From Caldisericia bacterium (GTDB lineage Bacteria; Caldisericota; Caldisericia; JAAYUI01): a stretch of 64,000 nt of DNA. The stretch is taken from assembly GCA_963674785.1 (NCBI GenBank), contig OY771555.1, forward strand, positions 32,001 through 96,000. Direction: 5' to 3'. Each line of letters begins with the position of its first letter. Within the stretch, counting starts at the first letter, position 1. Position numbers and translations under genes: made by a program. Positions 17,792-28,200 of this stretch are shown here, piece by piece. A model generated the notes under the pieces. That model worked only from the letters and a program-made list of their open reading frames with translations, ran no database searches and was not told the origin of the DNA.

Positions 17792-19864
17792 ATGGAAGAG
17801 GCAAAATTCAAACTGGTTTCTGATTTTTCGCCGTCGGGAGATCAACCACAAGCAATAGAGAAGTTGACCGATGGTATCTGGAGAGGTGTTCAGTTTCAAA
17901 CTCTGCTTGGTGTCACAGGTTCTGGGAAGACATACACCATGGCAAAGGTTATTGAAAAAATAAACCGTCCAACTCTTGTAATTGCCCACAACAAAACCTT
18001 GGCAGCCCAGCTTTATTCTGAGCTATCAGAGTTTTTCCCAGAAAATGCGGTTGAATATTTTGTTTCTTACTATGACTACTACCAACCCGAGGCTTATGTC
18101 GCCACAAAAGACCTCTATATCGCGAAAGAAACCGACATAAATGATGATATAATGAGGCTTCGCCATTCTACCGTAAGATCGCTTCTTGAACGAAGAGACA
18201 CAATTGTTGTAGCATCAGTATCTTGCATCTACGGTTGGGAATCACCAGAGGGATACAAAGAGCAACTTGTCCCAGTGAAAACCGGTCAAACCCTCATGCG
18301 TGATGATTTTATTCACGGTCTTGTTGGTATGCAGTACGCCAGAAACAATATCGCTTTTGAACCTGGAAACATAAGAGTCCGTGGGTCAACTGTTGATGTG
18401 TGGCCACCAGAAACAGAGGGTGCTGTTCGGGTTGAATTTGAATTTGATGAGGTAACAAAAGTTTCTGAACTTGACCCTGTTACAGGTGCAACAAGCCCTG
18501 ATATCGGTGGATTCCTTTTCTTTCCTGCAAAACAATTTATCACAACCCAAGAAAGGCTTGATATTGCTGTTCCAAAAATCGTCACAGAACTAGATGAAAG
18601 AATAAAATTCTTCCAAGAGAACAATAAACCCCTTGAAGCAGAAAGAATTGAAGAGCGAACGAAATACGACATTGAGATGCTTCGTGAGGTTGGATATTGC
18701 AGTGGAATTGAAAACTACAGTATGCACCTTTCTGGTCGAGAGATGGGCATGCAACCATACACCCTTATGAATTTCTTCGCCGAAGACGCTCTCATGATCA
18801 TAGATGAATCACACATGACCGTTCCACAAATCAGAGGGATGTACGCTGGCGACAGAGCCAGGAAAATGAATCTTGTAGATTTTGGATTCAGGCTTCCCTC
18901 AGCACTTGAAAACAGACCACTTAACTGGGAAGAATTTCAAGGATTCATGAATCAGGTTGTATTTGTTTCAGCAACTCCTGCTGATTATGAACGTGAGATT
19001 TCTGAAGAAATTGTTGAACAGCTCATCAGACCAACCGGACTTCTTGATCCCGAAATCGAAGTGAGACCAATAACAGGTCAGATCGATGACCTTAAAAACG
19101 AAATCAAAAAAAGGATTGAAAAGGACGAGAGAACTCTTGTTACTGTTCTTACAAAAAGGATGGCTGAAGATCTCGCTGATTTCTTACTTAAAGAACAGTT
19201 CAAGGTTTGTTATCTTCACTCAGATGTTAGCACCCTTGACAGGGTTGATATACTTAAAAAACTGCGAGAGGGAATTTTCGAGGTTATAGTTGGTGTAAAC
19301 TTACTTCGTGAGGGGCTTGATCTACCTGAGGTTTCACTCATTGCTATCCTTGATGCTGATAAAGAGGGGTTCTTGAGATCGTCAACATCGCTTGTTCAAA
19401 CAATAGGACGTGCCGCAAGAAACGTTGACGGCAAGGTCATCATGTATGCTGACAATATGACTGACTCGATGAAATACGCGATAAGCGAGACAAACAGACG
19501 CCGAGAGATTCAACTTGCCCATAATAAAGAAAAAGGGATTGAGCCAAAGACAATCAAAAAAGCAATCAAAGATATGCTCAAGATTCCAGGAAAAGCATAT
19601 GACAAGGCAAATGTCCCTGAGGGCATGAGCAAACAGGATGTAGAAGCTGTTATCTTGCAGCTAACAGATGAAATGAATCTCTCAGCCTCAATGCTCGAGT
19701 TTGAGAAAGCTGCAAGCATAAGAGACCAAATTGCAATTCTCAAACAAGAATTACTACAGAAGGGTAAGGGTTATGATGAACCCCCATCATCATCAAAACG
19801 AACAAAAACAGCAAGAAAGATAAAATCAAAATTGGTGCAGGCTGAACTTAGAAGGAAGAGGTAG
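17792..19864 (+). CDS. uvrB: Excinuclease ABC subunit B
   Basis: PSGDQPQAI, LLGVTGSGKT, YFVSYYDYYQPEAY, IDESH, NLLREGLDLPEVSL, QTIGRAARN; UVR domain FEKAASIRD. Confidence 0.98.
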   Translation: MEEAKFKLVSDFSPSGDQPQAIEKLTDGIWRGVQFQTLLGVTGSGKTYTMAKVIEKINRPTLVIAHNKTLAAQLYSELSEFFPENAVEYFVSYYDYYQPEAYVATKDLYIAKETDINDDIMRLRHSTVRSLLERRDTIVVASVSCIYGWESPEGYKEQLVPVKTGQTLMRDDFIHGLVGMQYARNNIAFEPGNIRVRGSTVDVWPPETEGAVRVEFEFDEVTKVSELDPVTGATSPDIGGFLFFPAKQFITTQERLDIAVPKIVTELDERIKFFQENNKPLEAERIEERTKYDIEMLREVGYCSGIENYSMHLSGREMGMQPYTLMNFFAEDALMIIDESHMTVPQIRGMYAGDRARKMNLVDFGFRLPSALENRPLNWEEFQGFMNQVVFVSATPADYEREISEEIVEQLIRPTGLLDPEIEVRPITGQIDDLKNEIKKRIEKDERTLVTVLTKRMAEDLADFLLKEQFKVCYLHSDVSTLDRVDILKKLREGIFEVIVGVNLLREGLDLPEVSLIAILDADKEGFLRSSTSLVQTIGRAARNVDGKVIMYADNMTDSMKYAISETNRRREIQLAHNKEKGIEPKTIKKAIKDMLKIPGKAYDKANVPEGMSKQDVEAVILQLTDEMNLSASMLEFEKAASIRDQIAILKQELLQKGKGYDEPPSSSKRTKTARKIKSKLVQAELRRKR

Positions 19865-19868
19865 GTTG

Positions 19869-20744
19869 ATGGACAAAAGAAATCAATTGATTGAAAAAAG
19901 GGCTATTGTATTGGGTTTAGCTGTGAACATAGTGTTATTCTTTTTTAAACTAATCGCCGGTGTCCTTGGCGGCAGTGCTGCCCTTGTTGCTGACTCTGTT
20001 CATACAATCACTGATGTTACAACTGATGTCGCGGTACTTATTGGTTCAAGATTTTGGCATTCCCCAGCCGACAAAAACCACACATACGGTCACGGCCGAA
20101 TCGAAACCGCGGTTGCCTTTGGTATCGGTCTTATACTTGCTTTTACATCATTACAACTCATCATCTCGGCATCAACAAATCTGATTTCTGGAAGCCATGG
20201 CCATACAGAGTTTTGGACAATATGGATTGCAGGTCTTTCAATTTGCTTTAAGGAAGGAATCTTTTTCTACACTCTCCACGCATCAAAGGTTACAAAATCA
20301 ATGGCACTAAAAGCCAATGCTTGGCATCATCGTGCGGACTCAATAAGCACAATCCCTGTAATTGTAGCAATTTATTTGACATCAATATATCCAGGGCTCT
20401 GGTGGGTCGACCCAGTTGGTGTGCTTCTTGTTGCGGGATTAATTTTAAAAACAAGCTTCGACATATCCAAACCTGCTTTTGAACAGCTCGTAGATACTGG
20501 AGCCGACGAAAAGATTGTAAAGAAGATTGAAGAAGTAGTTAATACTGTCCCAGAAATACACTCTGCATGTGACATTAAAACAAGATACGTTGGTGCTGCA
20601 CTACTTGTCGACTTTTCTGTAAGAGTTGACAAAGAGTACTCTATAGCTGAGGGATACGACATTATTCAGAAATCTAAGGACATGCTCACAAAGAAAATCC
20701 CAGATTTAAAAGATGTAACCATCAATCTTGTACCAACAAAGTAA
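19869..20744 (+). CDS. Cation diffusion facilitator (FieF-like) metal transporter
   Basis: SAALVADSVHTITD, PADKNHTYGHGRIE, ANAWHHRADS; about 6 TM segments plus C-terminal dimerisation domain. Confidence 0.93.
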   Translation: MDKRNQLIEKRAIVLGLAVNIVLFFFKLIAGVLGGSAALVADSVHTITDVTTDVAVLIGSRFWHSPADKNHTYGHGRIETAVAFGIGLILAFTSLQLIISASTNLISGSHGHTEFWTIWIAGLSICFKEGIFFYTLHASKVTKSMALKANAWHHRADSISTIPVIVAIYLTSIYPGLWWVDPVGVLLVAGLILKTSFDISKPAFEQLVDTGADEKIVKKIEEVVNTVPEIHSACDIKTRYVGAALLVDFSVRVDKEYSIAEGYDIIQKSKDMLTKKIPDLKDVTINLVPTK

Positions 20745-20747
20745 AAA

Positions 20748-21713
20748 TCAATACCCCGCTAATATATCCACTCTGTTTGGAATTTCCCTGCCCTCACAGG
20801 CAGCATTTAAAGAATGGGCAAGATGTGTCATTCGATCAGATTCCATCTCATGAACCCTACCCCCTCTATGAGGACTCATTACGACGTTTTCAAGCTCATG
20901 AAATGGGTATTTGGATGGAAATGTATTTCGAATGTCTGTTCCATTGCTTTTTGGATAGATATACCAAACATCTGAACCAGCACCATAAATCCGATTATTT
21001 TTAAGGGCTTCATATAATGCCTTTTCATTAACCACTGGCCCTCTGCTTACATTCACAATGATTGAGTTTTTTGGCATTAATCCGAATTCTTTCTCACCTA
21101 TCAAATCAGTCGTTTCTTCTGAAAATGGGATTGTAACAATCACGACATTCGATTTTGGCAATAGTTCATGGAGTTTATCCAATTGAAAAACATTTTCAGC
21201 AAAATCTCCATTCCCCAAGTTTTTTCTAATTCCAAAAACATTCATGGCAAGTGCTGAAAGGACTGATCCAACTCTTTTCCCAATTCTCCCATATCCAATT
21301 ATTAAGGCATTTTTTCCTTCAAGAAGAAGTGACGGCACAACATCATACCTCGGACTCCAATCACCTTTTCTGAATTTTGCATCGATTGAGTTCATCTTTC
21401 TACTTATACAAAGAAGCAAGGAGAGAGCCATCTCGGCAGTCGGGGCAGCATTGTGATGCAGATTATAAACCTCAATATCAGGATAATTCATCATCAAGTC
21501 TTTTGTTTTTTTTGGTAAACCTGCATATGGGATGAAAAGATACTTAAGTTTTTTCGAGGTTTTTATCATCTCCTCTGTCGGTACACCACAAACCAAAGCC
21601 TCAATGTCCTCGGGAATCTGTTTACCGTACGTACAGGAAATACCTGGGTTCAGATGACCCAGAAGAATCTTCTTATTCTTTCCTTCAGGCTCAAGAGCAA
21701 TATGAACTTTCAT
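20748..21713 (-). CDS. D-isomer-specific 2-hydroxyacid dehydrogenase
   Basis: IIGYGRIG, IVNVSRGPVVNEKALYEAL, GAGSDVW, VMSPHRGG. Confidence 0.92.
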   Translation of the reverse strand: MKVHIALEPEGKNKKILLGHLNPGISCTYGKQIPEDIEALVCGVPTEEMIKTSKKLKYLFIPYAGLPKKTKDLMMNYPDIEVYNLHHNAAPTAEMALSLLLCISRKMNSIDAKFRKGDWSPRYDVVPSLLLEGKNALIIGYGRIGKRVGSVLSALAMNVFGIRKNLGNGDFAENVFQLDKLHELLPKSNVVIVTIPFSEETTDLIGEKEFGLMPKNSIIVNVSRGPVVNEKALYEALKNNRIYGAGSDVWYIYPKSNGTDIRNTFPSKYPFHELENVVMSPHRGGRVHEMESDRMTHLAHSLNAACEGREIPNRVDILAGY

Positions 21714-21753
21714 GAGAAAAAAATAATCAAAACAAAAGTAGTATCAAGGGTAA

Positions 21754-22176
21754 TTAGTCGTTATTTTTCAAACAAGACTTTATGATTTGTTCAATATCAA
21801 TTGTTTCAAGACCTAAAACTTTTACAAAATCAAGAAGATTCATATCTAAAAAGTCTTCATCAATATTGAGTTTATCCATCACACAATCATTATCTGCTTC
21901 AATCTCAAATAAATAATGTCTGATAATCGTATCACTCTTTAATTCAGGTTCCTCGCCATCTTCTCTGATATAATGATAATGATCACCATGTTTCCAACGT
22001 CTTCTTCCATCTTCTAGAGTTTCGATAGGGGTGCCAATTGGCACCCCATTTTCATCAAATTCAATTCTAAAAGAATCATCAGCAGAATTATTGGTGCTTT
22101 CCGTTCCACATCCGGCAACAACAAAACCCACAAGAAAAACAGCTACCAAAAAAACAATAATAAATCTGCTTTGCAT
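21754..22176 (-). CDS. Lipoprotein with histidine triad (HGDHYH) and one C-x36-C domain
   Basis: Lipobox VAGC; WKHGDHYHYI; C-terminal domain aligns with the repeats of the upstream gene. Confidence 0.7.
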   Translation of the reverse strand: MQSRFIIVFLVAVFLVGFVVAGCGTESTNNSADDSFRIEFDENGVPIGTPIETLEDGRRRWKHGDHYHYIREDGEEPELKSDTIIRHYLFEIEADNDCVMDKLNIDEDFLDMNLLDFVKVLGLETIDIEQIIKSCLKNND

Positions 22177-22193
22177 TCAATTCTCTTTCGTTT

Positions 22194-23201
22194 TTATAAA
22201 CAACAGCTAGAAACTAAATCCCTTAGGGCGCTCATATCCATCCCAATTTCTCGTGATAGCTTACCACCCTGCATATCAAGTGCTTTTACATCCAAATTAA
22301 GCTTTGACGCAACACAATCAACTGGAATCGAGTTTTCTTCACAATAACTCTTTATGTTATCTTTTCCCATCAACTGGGGAAGATCAGAGGCAGCCTGATG
22401 AGTGTCGCTATCATCTAAACCAACATCTTCATCTTCTTCCTTTGGTTCTTCTTCGATCGCTTTATCAATCGATTCAGATTCTTCAACTTCTGTTTCATCT
22501 GTCACTGTATGTGGATCTTCTCTTTGAGGAAGCCCCAAGCAATCGTCGATTGCAAATCTGATATCAGTCATATCGATAACAAGTTCTTCCTTGATGTCTT
22601 TTGCAGATTGGTCAAGTTCTTTCTCGCCAATGCCAAGTTTCTCTGCTAAGCAATCTGCTGGAATATCATTGTTCTTCAAGAATTCCATGAGATTATCAGA
22701 ACCAACTAACTCATCGCTGACATATACAAGTCCTTCATCAACAATAACAGACTCAACTTCATCCGTCTCAGGTTCGTGTTCAGTCTCAGTAGTCTCCGTC
22801 TCGACAGAATGAGGATCTGGTCTTGCCTCAAGCCCCATACATTCGTCTATAATCGCTCTTATATCACTCATATCGATACCGAGTTTGTCTTTTATATCTC
22901 TGGCATCCTTCTTTATTTCAGAATTTGCAATGCCAAGTTTTCCGGAGACACAACTTATATCAACATCATAATCTTCGAGGAAATCATGAAGATTCATTGA
23001 ACCTTCGAGCAGATCACTGATATATCCTAATTCAACATATTCCGATTCAACTTCAGTTTCATCGTGGTCATCATGATCGCTTTCATAAGTTGATTCAACA
23101 CCTGGTGGATTCCAATAACCAAATGCCTGAAAGACATATGCCACGATAACAAACAGCGCAACAAACAAAACACCAACGAGAACTGCTGGTTTTATCTTCA
23201 T
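22194..23201 (-). CDS. Membrane-anchored exported protein with three C-x36-C repeats and His/acidic linkers
   Basis: N-terminal TM helix; three ~60-aa repeats L.G..NL..FL....I...C...KL(G/N)...DM..(I/L)R....C; ATGA overlap with the polyferredoxin gene. Confidence 0.7.
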   Translation of the reverse strand: MKIKPAVLVGVLFVALFVIVAYVFQAFGYWNPPGVESTYESDHDDHDETEVESEYVELGYISDLLEGSMNLHDFLEDYDVDISCVSGKLGIANSEIKKDARDIKDKLGIDMSDIRAIIDECMGLEARPDPHSVETETTETEHEPETDEVESVIVDEGLVYVSDELVGSDNLMEFLKNNDIPADCLAEKLGIGEKELDQSAKDIKEELVIDMTDIRFAIDDCLGLPQREDPHTVTDETEVEESESIDKAIEEEPKEEDEDVGLDDSDTHQAASDLPQLMGKDNIKSYCEENSIPVDCVASKLNLDVKALDMQGGKLSREIGMDMSALRDLVSSCCL

Positions 23202-24022
23202 TTTAAACCATCCTTCCCGTAACCAAAGGCAAACTCAAGCGTACCTGGAACCGGACACTCATCAATACACCTCAAACATTCAATACAAAGTCCCTTGTTA
23301 ACAGAATTGACATTCGAGATTGGAAGTTGATATGGACATGTTGAGTCACATTTACCGCAATCTATACAGGTATCACTATTCCTTTTAATACCAACAGCGG
23401 AAATCTTTGCAACAGGCTGAATCACTCCACCGAGTGGACATCCATACTGGCAAAGTGGTCTCTCAATGACAAGACTTATAAGGAGCACAACACCTAGAAT
23501 TATAATTCCAATAATTGAGGACTCATGCCCCCAGGTGAACAATGTGTTATACGGATCAAATGCTTTAAACCAGAATCCAACCTCAATAAATGTCATAATC
23601 AGAATCAATACGAATACGACATATCTGAACCATCTAAGGGCTTTGTGAACTGGAAGTGGAAGTTTGATATCTTTTTTCCAGATCTTTTTCCTAATTCGAT
23701 AAAGCCACTCCTGAACAGTCCCCATTGGGCAAATCCAGCCACAAAAACCGCCACCAAAAGCAAGAATAGACAAAATAAGTGCGGCAAGCACAACAACATT
23801 TGTGTTACCAGCCCTATGGATAAACTCTCCAGTCTGAATCCACTTCGGCAACATTGCAATTGATCCAAGTGGACAGATACAATCAATTGGACCAGTTCTT
23901 CCAGCAACACCCTTTTCAAATGCAAAATGTGCCCACGAATACCTGATAATAAACGCTGCAAACGCCGCCTGGGACATATATCTTATATATCTCCAATTAA
24001 ACCAAGATTTCTTCTTAGCCAT
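23198..24022 (-). CDS. Membrane 4Fe-4S binding protein (NapH/MauN/YccM-like)
   Basis: About 4 TM segments; CGWICP and CQYGCP (CxxxCP) plus DCICP; two ferredoxin motifs CIDCGKCDSTCP and CIECLRCIDECP. Confidence 0.9.
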   Translation of the reverse strand: MAKKKSWFNWRYIRYMSQAAFAAFIIRYSWAHFAFEKGVAGRTGPIDCICPLGSIAMLPKWIQTGEFIHRAGNTNVVVLAALILSILAFGGGFCGWICPMGTVQEWLYRIRKKIWKKDIKLPLPVHKALRWFRYVVFVLILIMTFIEVGFWFKAFDPYNTLFTWGHESSIIGIIILGVVLLISLVIERPLCQYGCPLGGVIQPVAKISAVGIKRNSDTCIDCGKCDSTCPYQLPISNVNSVNKGLCIECLRCIDECPVPGTLEFAFGYGKDGLK

Positions 24023-24125
24023 AAAACCACCTTCCGGATATTTCTAGTAAAACTACGTTATACATCAAATATTACACCAGACCGGGGATTGACAAATATA
24101 ATCTATTATTAGGAATGAATTGCAA

Positions 24126-24377
24126 TTATTTTGCGGAAACCACAGCCCAGAGGCAAAGTAAATAGCCAATAATCCTGATAGCAATCAGAACCCAATCCAT
24201 CGGGCTTCCAGGGATCAAGAATGCAGGATCCCAAATTTTAAATGCATGGCTGATACCAAAGCAAAGGAATCCGATTCCTACAAGAAGAAAGGCCTGTGCC
24301 TCAGTTTTCTTCCAAGAAATAATTCCGAACACAAAAATGGCCATAGCCATAATCAAATTAATAATATAAAGCGTCAT
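24126..24377 (-). CDS. Small 3-TM membrane protein
   Basis: Three hydrophobic stretches; AAGGAG SD; immediately follows the DUF4388-like gene. Confidence 0.7.
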   Translation of the reverse strand: MTLYIINLIMAMAIFVFGIISWKKTEAQAFLLVGIGFLCFGISHAFKIWDPAFLIPGSPMDWVLIAIRIIGYLLCLWAVVSAK

Positions 24378-24378
24378 T

Positions 24379-25236
24379 TCATACTCCTTTCACGAGTGTT
24401 ATCTCAGTCTTTCCCCTTCCTTCACCAACAAAGGATTCAAAATCTATTTTCGTCATAAGTATCTCATTTGATTCCAATCTATACACATCTGTACTGAAAT
24501 ATCCATCTCCCACACTTGCGTTTATGTTGGAATCTCCATGAAAGTTATTCATCATCTTTTCTTTATCTGGTGAAATATGAATTCTACCCTTTCTGGCAGT
24601 CAGTGAACCGTTGATACTCACATCTGCCAAGAAAGAAAGCTGAAAAGATGTTGGCTTTAAGAAATTCTTGATTTGAAGTTTTGGGATTCTTTTCGCATCG
24701 AAGGAAAGGAGGTCAAGAATTCCGAGTTGGATTCCCTCGTCCATAACCTGAAGAATCGTTTTTGGTGAAACGCTGTATTGTTCAGATAACTCTTCAATTG
24801 TTGGGCTATCAGAACACAATTCAAAAAGTTTTTTTGTTGATGGCGAGATATTACCCGGAAACCTGGCAAGGCGTATTTGACTGATTCTAGCTCCCATAAC
24901 TTCATTAGAGTACAAAATATATGGGAATCCAGCATTCTCTTTGCTTGTTTGAATAAGCTTACTTGGAAGATAATCCCTTATTTCAATTTCACCCGTGAAG
25001 GTTTCTAGCTCCATTCCATCAAAGAATACGAATTCTCCATTTGCAATAGATGCAACTCTGTGAAGAATGTCGACTGGATGAATTGAATGGTTATCATTGA
25101 GAAGAAATCCATTTTTAAAATATATGTCTAGAACCTCTGTCTCGGTCGTTACTCTAAGTAAACCCGTGTAAGACAAAAAGGAAACCATCCATATCAAATC
25201 TGAAATGTGCTGCTCGATAAGATTACCGTCTCTCAT
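24379..25236 (-). CDS. DUF4388 (PatA-N-like) domain protein
   Basis: GNLIEQHISDLIWMV..TGLLRV..IYFKNG..GEFVF. Start at ATG 25236, preceded by TTGACG-16-TATAAT-6. Confidence 0.65.
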   Translation of the reverse strand: MRDGNLIEQHISDLIWMVSFLSYTGLLRVTTETEVLDIYFKNGFLLNDNHSIHPVDILHRVASIANGEFVFFDGMELETFTGEIEIRDYLPSKLIQTSKENAGFPYILYSNEVMGARISQIRLARFPGNISPSTKKLFELCSDSPTIEELSEQYSVSPKTILQVMDEGIQLGILDLLSFDAKRIPKLQIKNFLKPTSFQLSFLADVSINGSLTARKGRIHISPDKEKMMNNFHGDSNINASVGDGYFSTDVYRLESNEILMTKIDFESFVGEGRGKTEITLVKGV

Positions 25237-25299
25237 ATTTAGATTATACAAGTAATTCTTATCACGTCAATCTTTCTTATGACTTAATAAAAATTTATA

Positions 25300-28200
25300 T
25301 TAATTAAACGAATAATTTAATTGATCAATAAAACAATCGACTTCTTCAAAGGTTTCGACCTTTATCTTCTCGTCAGAAATCTTCTCACCAGTCACTCTAT
25401 AACAACTTCCAATTTCAAGTTTTTCACAATCTCTTTTTCGAAAATCAAGAATCCAATTTTTCATCTCTTTTGGATCATGTGCTCGAACAATGTCCTTTTC
25501 ACAATCAGTCTCTTCAATTGTTACTTCAATTGTAACAATCTCTTTGCATCCAAACTTCTCTTCAATTTCAAATTCAAGTATTTCTTCTTCACCACAATCG
25601 GGATGAATAACAACTCTCATCATTTCATTTTTTATCATCTCTCTTGTAACAGAATCAATTGACAGTGTGTAATTAACATCATCTGAACCAACAATCGAAA
25701 ATTCTTCCTTTGAAATTACGATGTAATCTATACTTTCACTCTTCCTTTGAAAAATATATTCCCCAGATATCCTATTATCACAATTGTTTTTTATTATGAA
25801 ACTGAGATCAATCTTATCTTTTTCACAAACCGCGATAACAGGATTTTTACCAGTCTCTGTTTTTAATTCATCGCCCCAGAAAACTTCAATTTCACAACAT
25901 GGTTCGCAATCTTCGAGTTTGTTTATTGAGACGTAGTATCGATTTGTTATTCCAGAAAAGATGATGTCGAATATCAACTGCGATGGTAGCTCATCCGGGG
26001 CAGTGAAGTTGAGTGAGTACGTAGAAACGCTTCTTGGGGAGATATTCAAAAATGTGCTATCAATCATTTCACCCTTATCAGTTTTTATTGAGATAAAAAC
26101 ATCGATTGTTTCCTCTCTGCAATTATTCTTGAGCCGTAAGAGCTTATCAAAGGAGAGATTGTCTCCTGGACACACAAAAAATACCGGTGGTAAACCATCC
26201 TCTGTAGACCACGAGATGTCAACATCTGTACAAACCACCACTTCCCCACAACAATTATCCTCTTCTGGTAATGCTGTCCAACTCTGTGCCAACCCAGAAT
26301 CCAGAACACAGATTTCAGCGCAGCCGCTATATCCTAGGATGCTCCTTGAAGACTTGGTATCAAGAATTTCATAATCGCAAAAATACTCAGTTGCTGATCC
26401 ATTACATGGCTTAAAATGGATGATAATCGGGTGCTCAAGATTAATTTCCTCAGTTTCAGTAATCACACCTCTAACTATGCGGCATGGGTCAGTTTTGCAA
26501 CAATCCCCCTCAGCTGCTACCCAACTATCAAGATATACACCCTTATCAGTTTTGTGAATACAAACCTCAGCACAGCCAGAATAACCCAAAATCTTTGTGT
26601 ATGTGTGATCATCGGGAATGTTTTCTACCGATGAGATTTCAAAGGATTCAACTCCGGCACATTGCCTAAAATCGATACTTATTAAACCAGTGTTTGGGTC
26701 TCTTGTTGTTGAAATGATTTCACCAAAAATTGTATCACACTCAGTTGGAGATACCGAGAATGTAAAGTTTGGACTTGTCGAAACAAGAACTCTATTAATA
26801 TCAAAACACTCAACAAACCAGATATAGTTTGTGTTTTTCGAGAGAGGTTCCTTATCATAAGCTATCTGAAATTGATCTGAATCAATCAGATGTTTTGATA
26901 CAACAGGTTTTTCAGAACTAAGCGTTTCAATAATGCTAACACCACTCTTTTTTTCATAAAGATAGAAACTGTAACTCTGAGACTTATCAAGCCTTAAGTC
27001 ATCCCATTTGAAAATGGGATATGGATCAGCGACAATGCTTCCGTTTGATGGCTCAATAATTTCAATCTTTTCCCTGCTTTCGGATATTTTTGAAATCATA
27101 TAGAACTTAAAATCCTTTGACCCATCAAACCATATGCCACCAAAAATGGTTTTAGTTTCAGTGTTAACTACAATTTTTTCTGTAATTATTTTCCCAATCT
27201 CAAGTTGGTCTGCATCATAAACTATTTCGAGACAGTAATTTCCATCGGTATCAACCTGCACTGATGAAATAACAGCAGCATAATGATTACCAGAAATCCT
27301 AGCATCCAGTATCACCGGATTATTCTTAGAAATTGATTTATTGATACCCGATATATCAATATTCTCAATCTCCAAATTGATGTTGTTCTTCGCAAAATAA
27401 TAGTTCAGAGATTTCCACCACGACAAATCGAGATACTCTTCACCGTCAAAAAACTTGCATCCCTTTTGTGAGTTCCAATTTGTCGCCTGCTTCAAATCAT
27501 CGATACCTGGCCATACCCTTCCACTAACATGATTTATAACACTCAAGATAGATGTCGGTACTGTTTCTAATTCCCCAGAATCAAACATCTCAAAGTTTTC
27601 TAATTTTGATTCATCAAGGATCTCTGATGATTCTAAAACTGAGCTTCTTGAGCCAACATCATCAGACTCAACATTCTTACAGAAATCAGGGGAAATGTTT
27701 ATGTATCTGTCTTTGATAGTTGCATCAGTTACTGCCGATGGTTTTGTATAAAGTAGTATTGGTGTCAGACTATATCCGTACTTAATCGAGTTACCTTTTA
27801 TAAAGTCGCAGTCAAGGGTAAACCCCAGTGGTCCGACAGTCTGTGGAGAGATGTACATGTTTTTTAAAATCCAGTTTCCATCGATTGAAAGATTCAGATA
27901 CAGTGGTTTGCGATACCCACTTGATGAGAATTCAACCATGTACCTTTTTTTCTGTTCAAAATTGGTAATTAATTTAAAAAACTCGATATCAGAAACAAAG
28001 CCACATACCTCTTGCTCGGGTTTTGATACCCAGGAGACAACTGTATCATAAGAAACCAGAATCTCCGCGCAACCCGAATATGTCTCAATATTTGTCCCAT
28101 TTTCATCAATCTTTTCTGCAAAAAAATCAAAAGAGGAATCGCCCGACGGAAGCTGCACGTACAGTATTCCATCCTCAAAGCTGTTGACCTCGCAGTTCAT

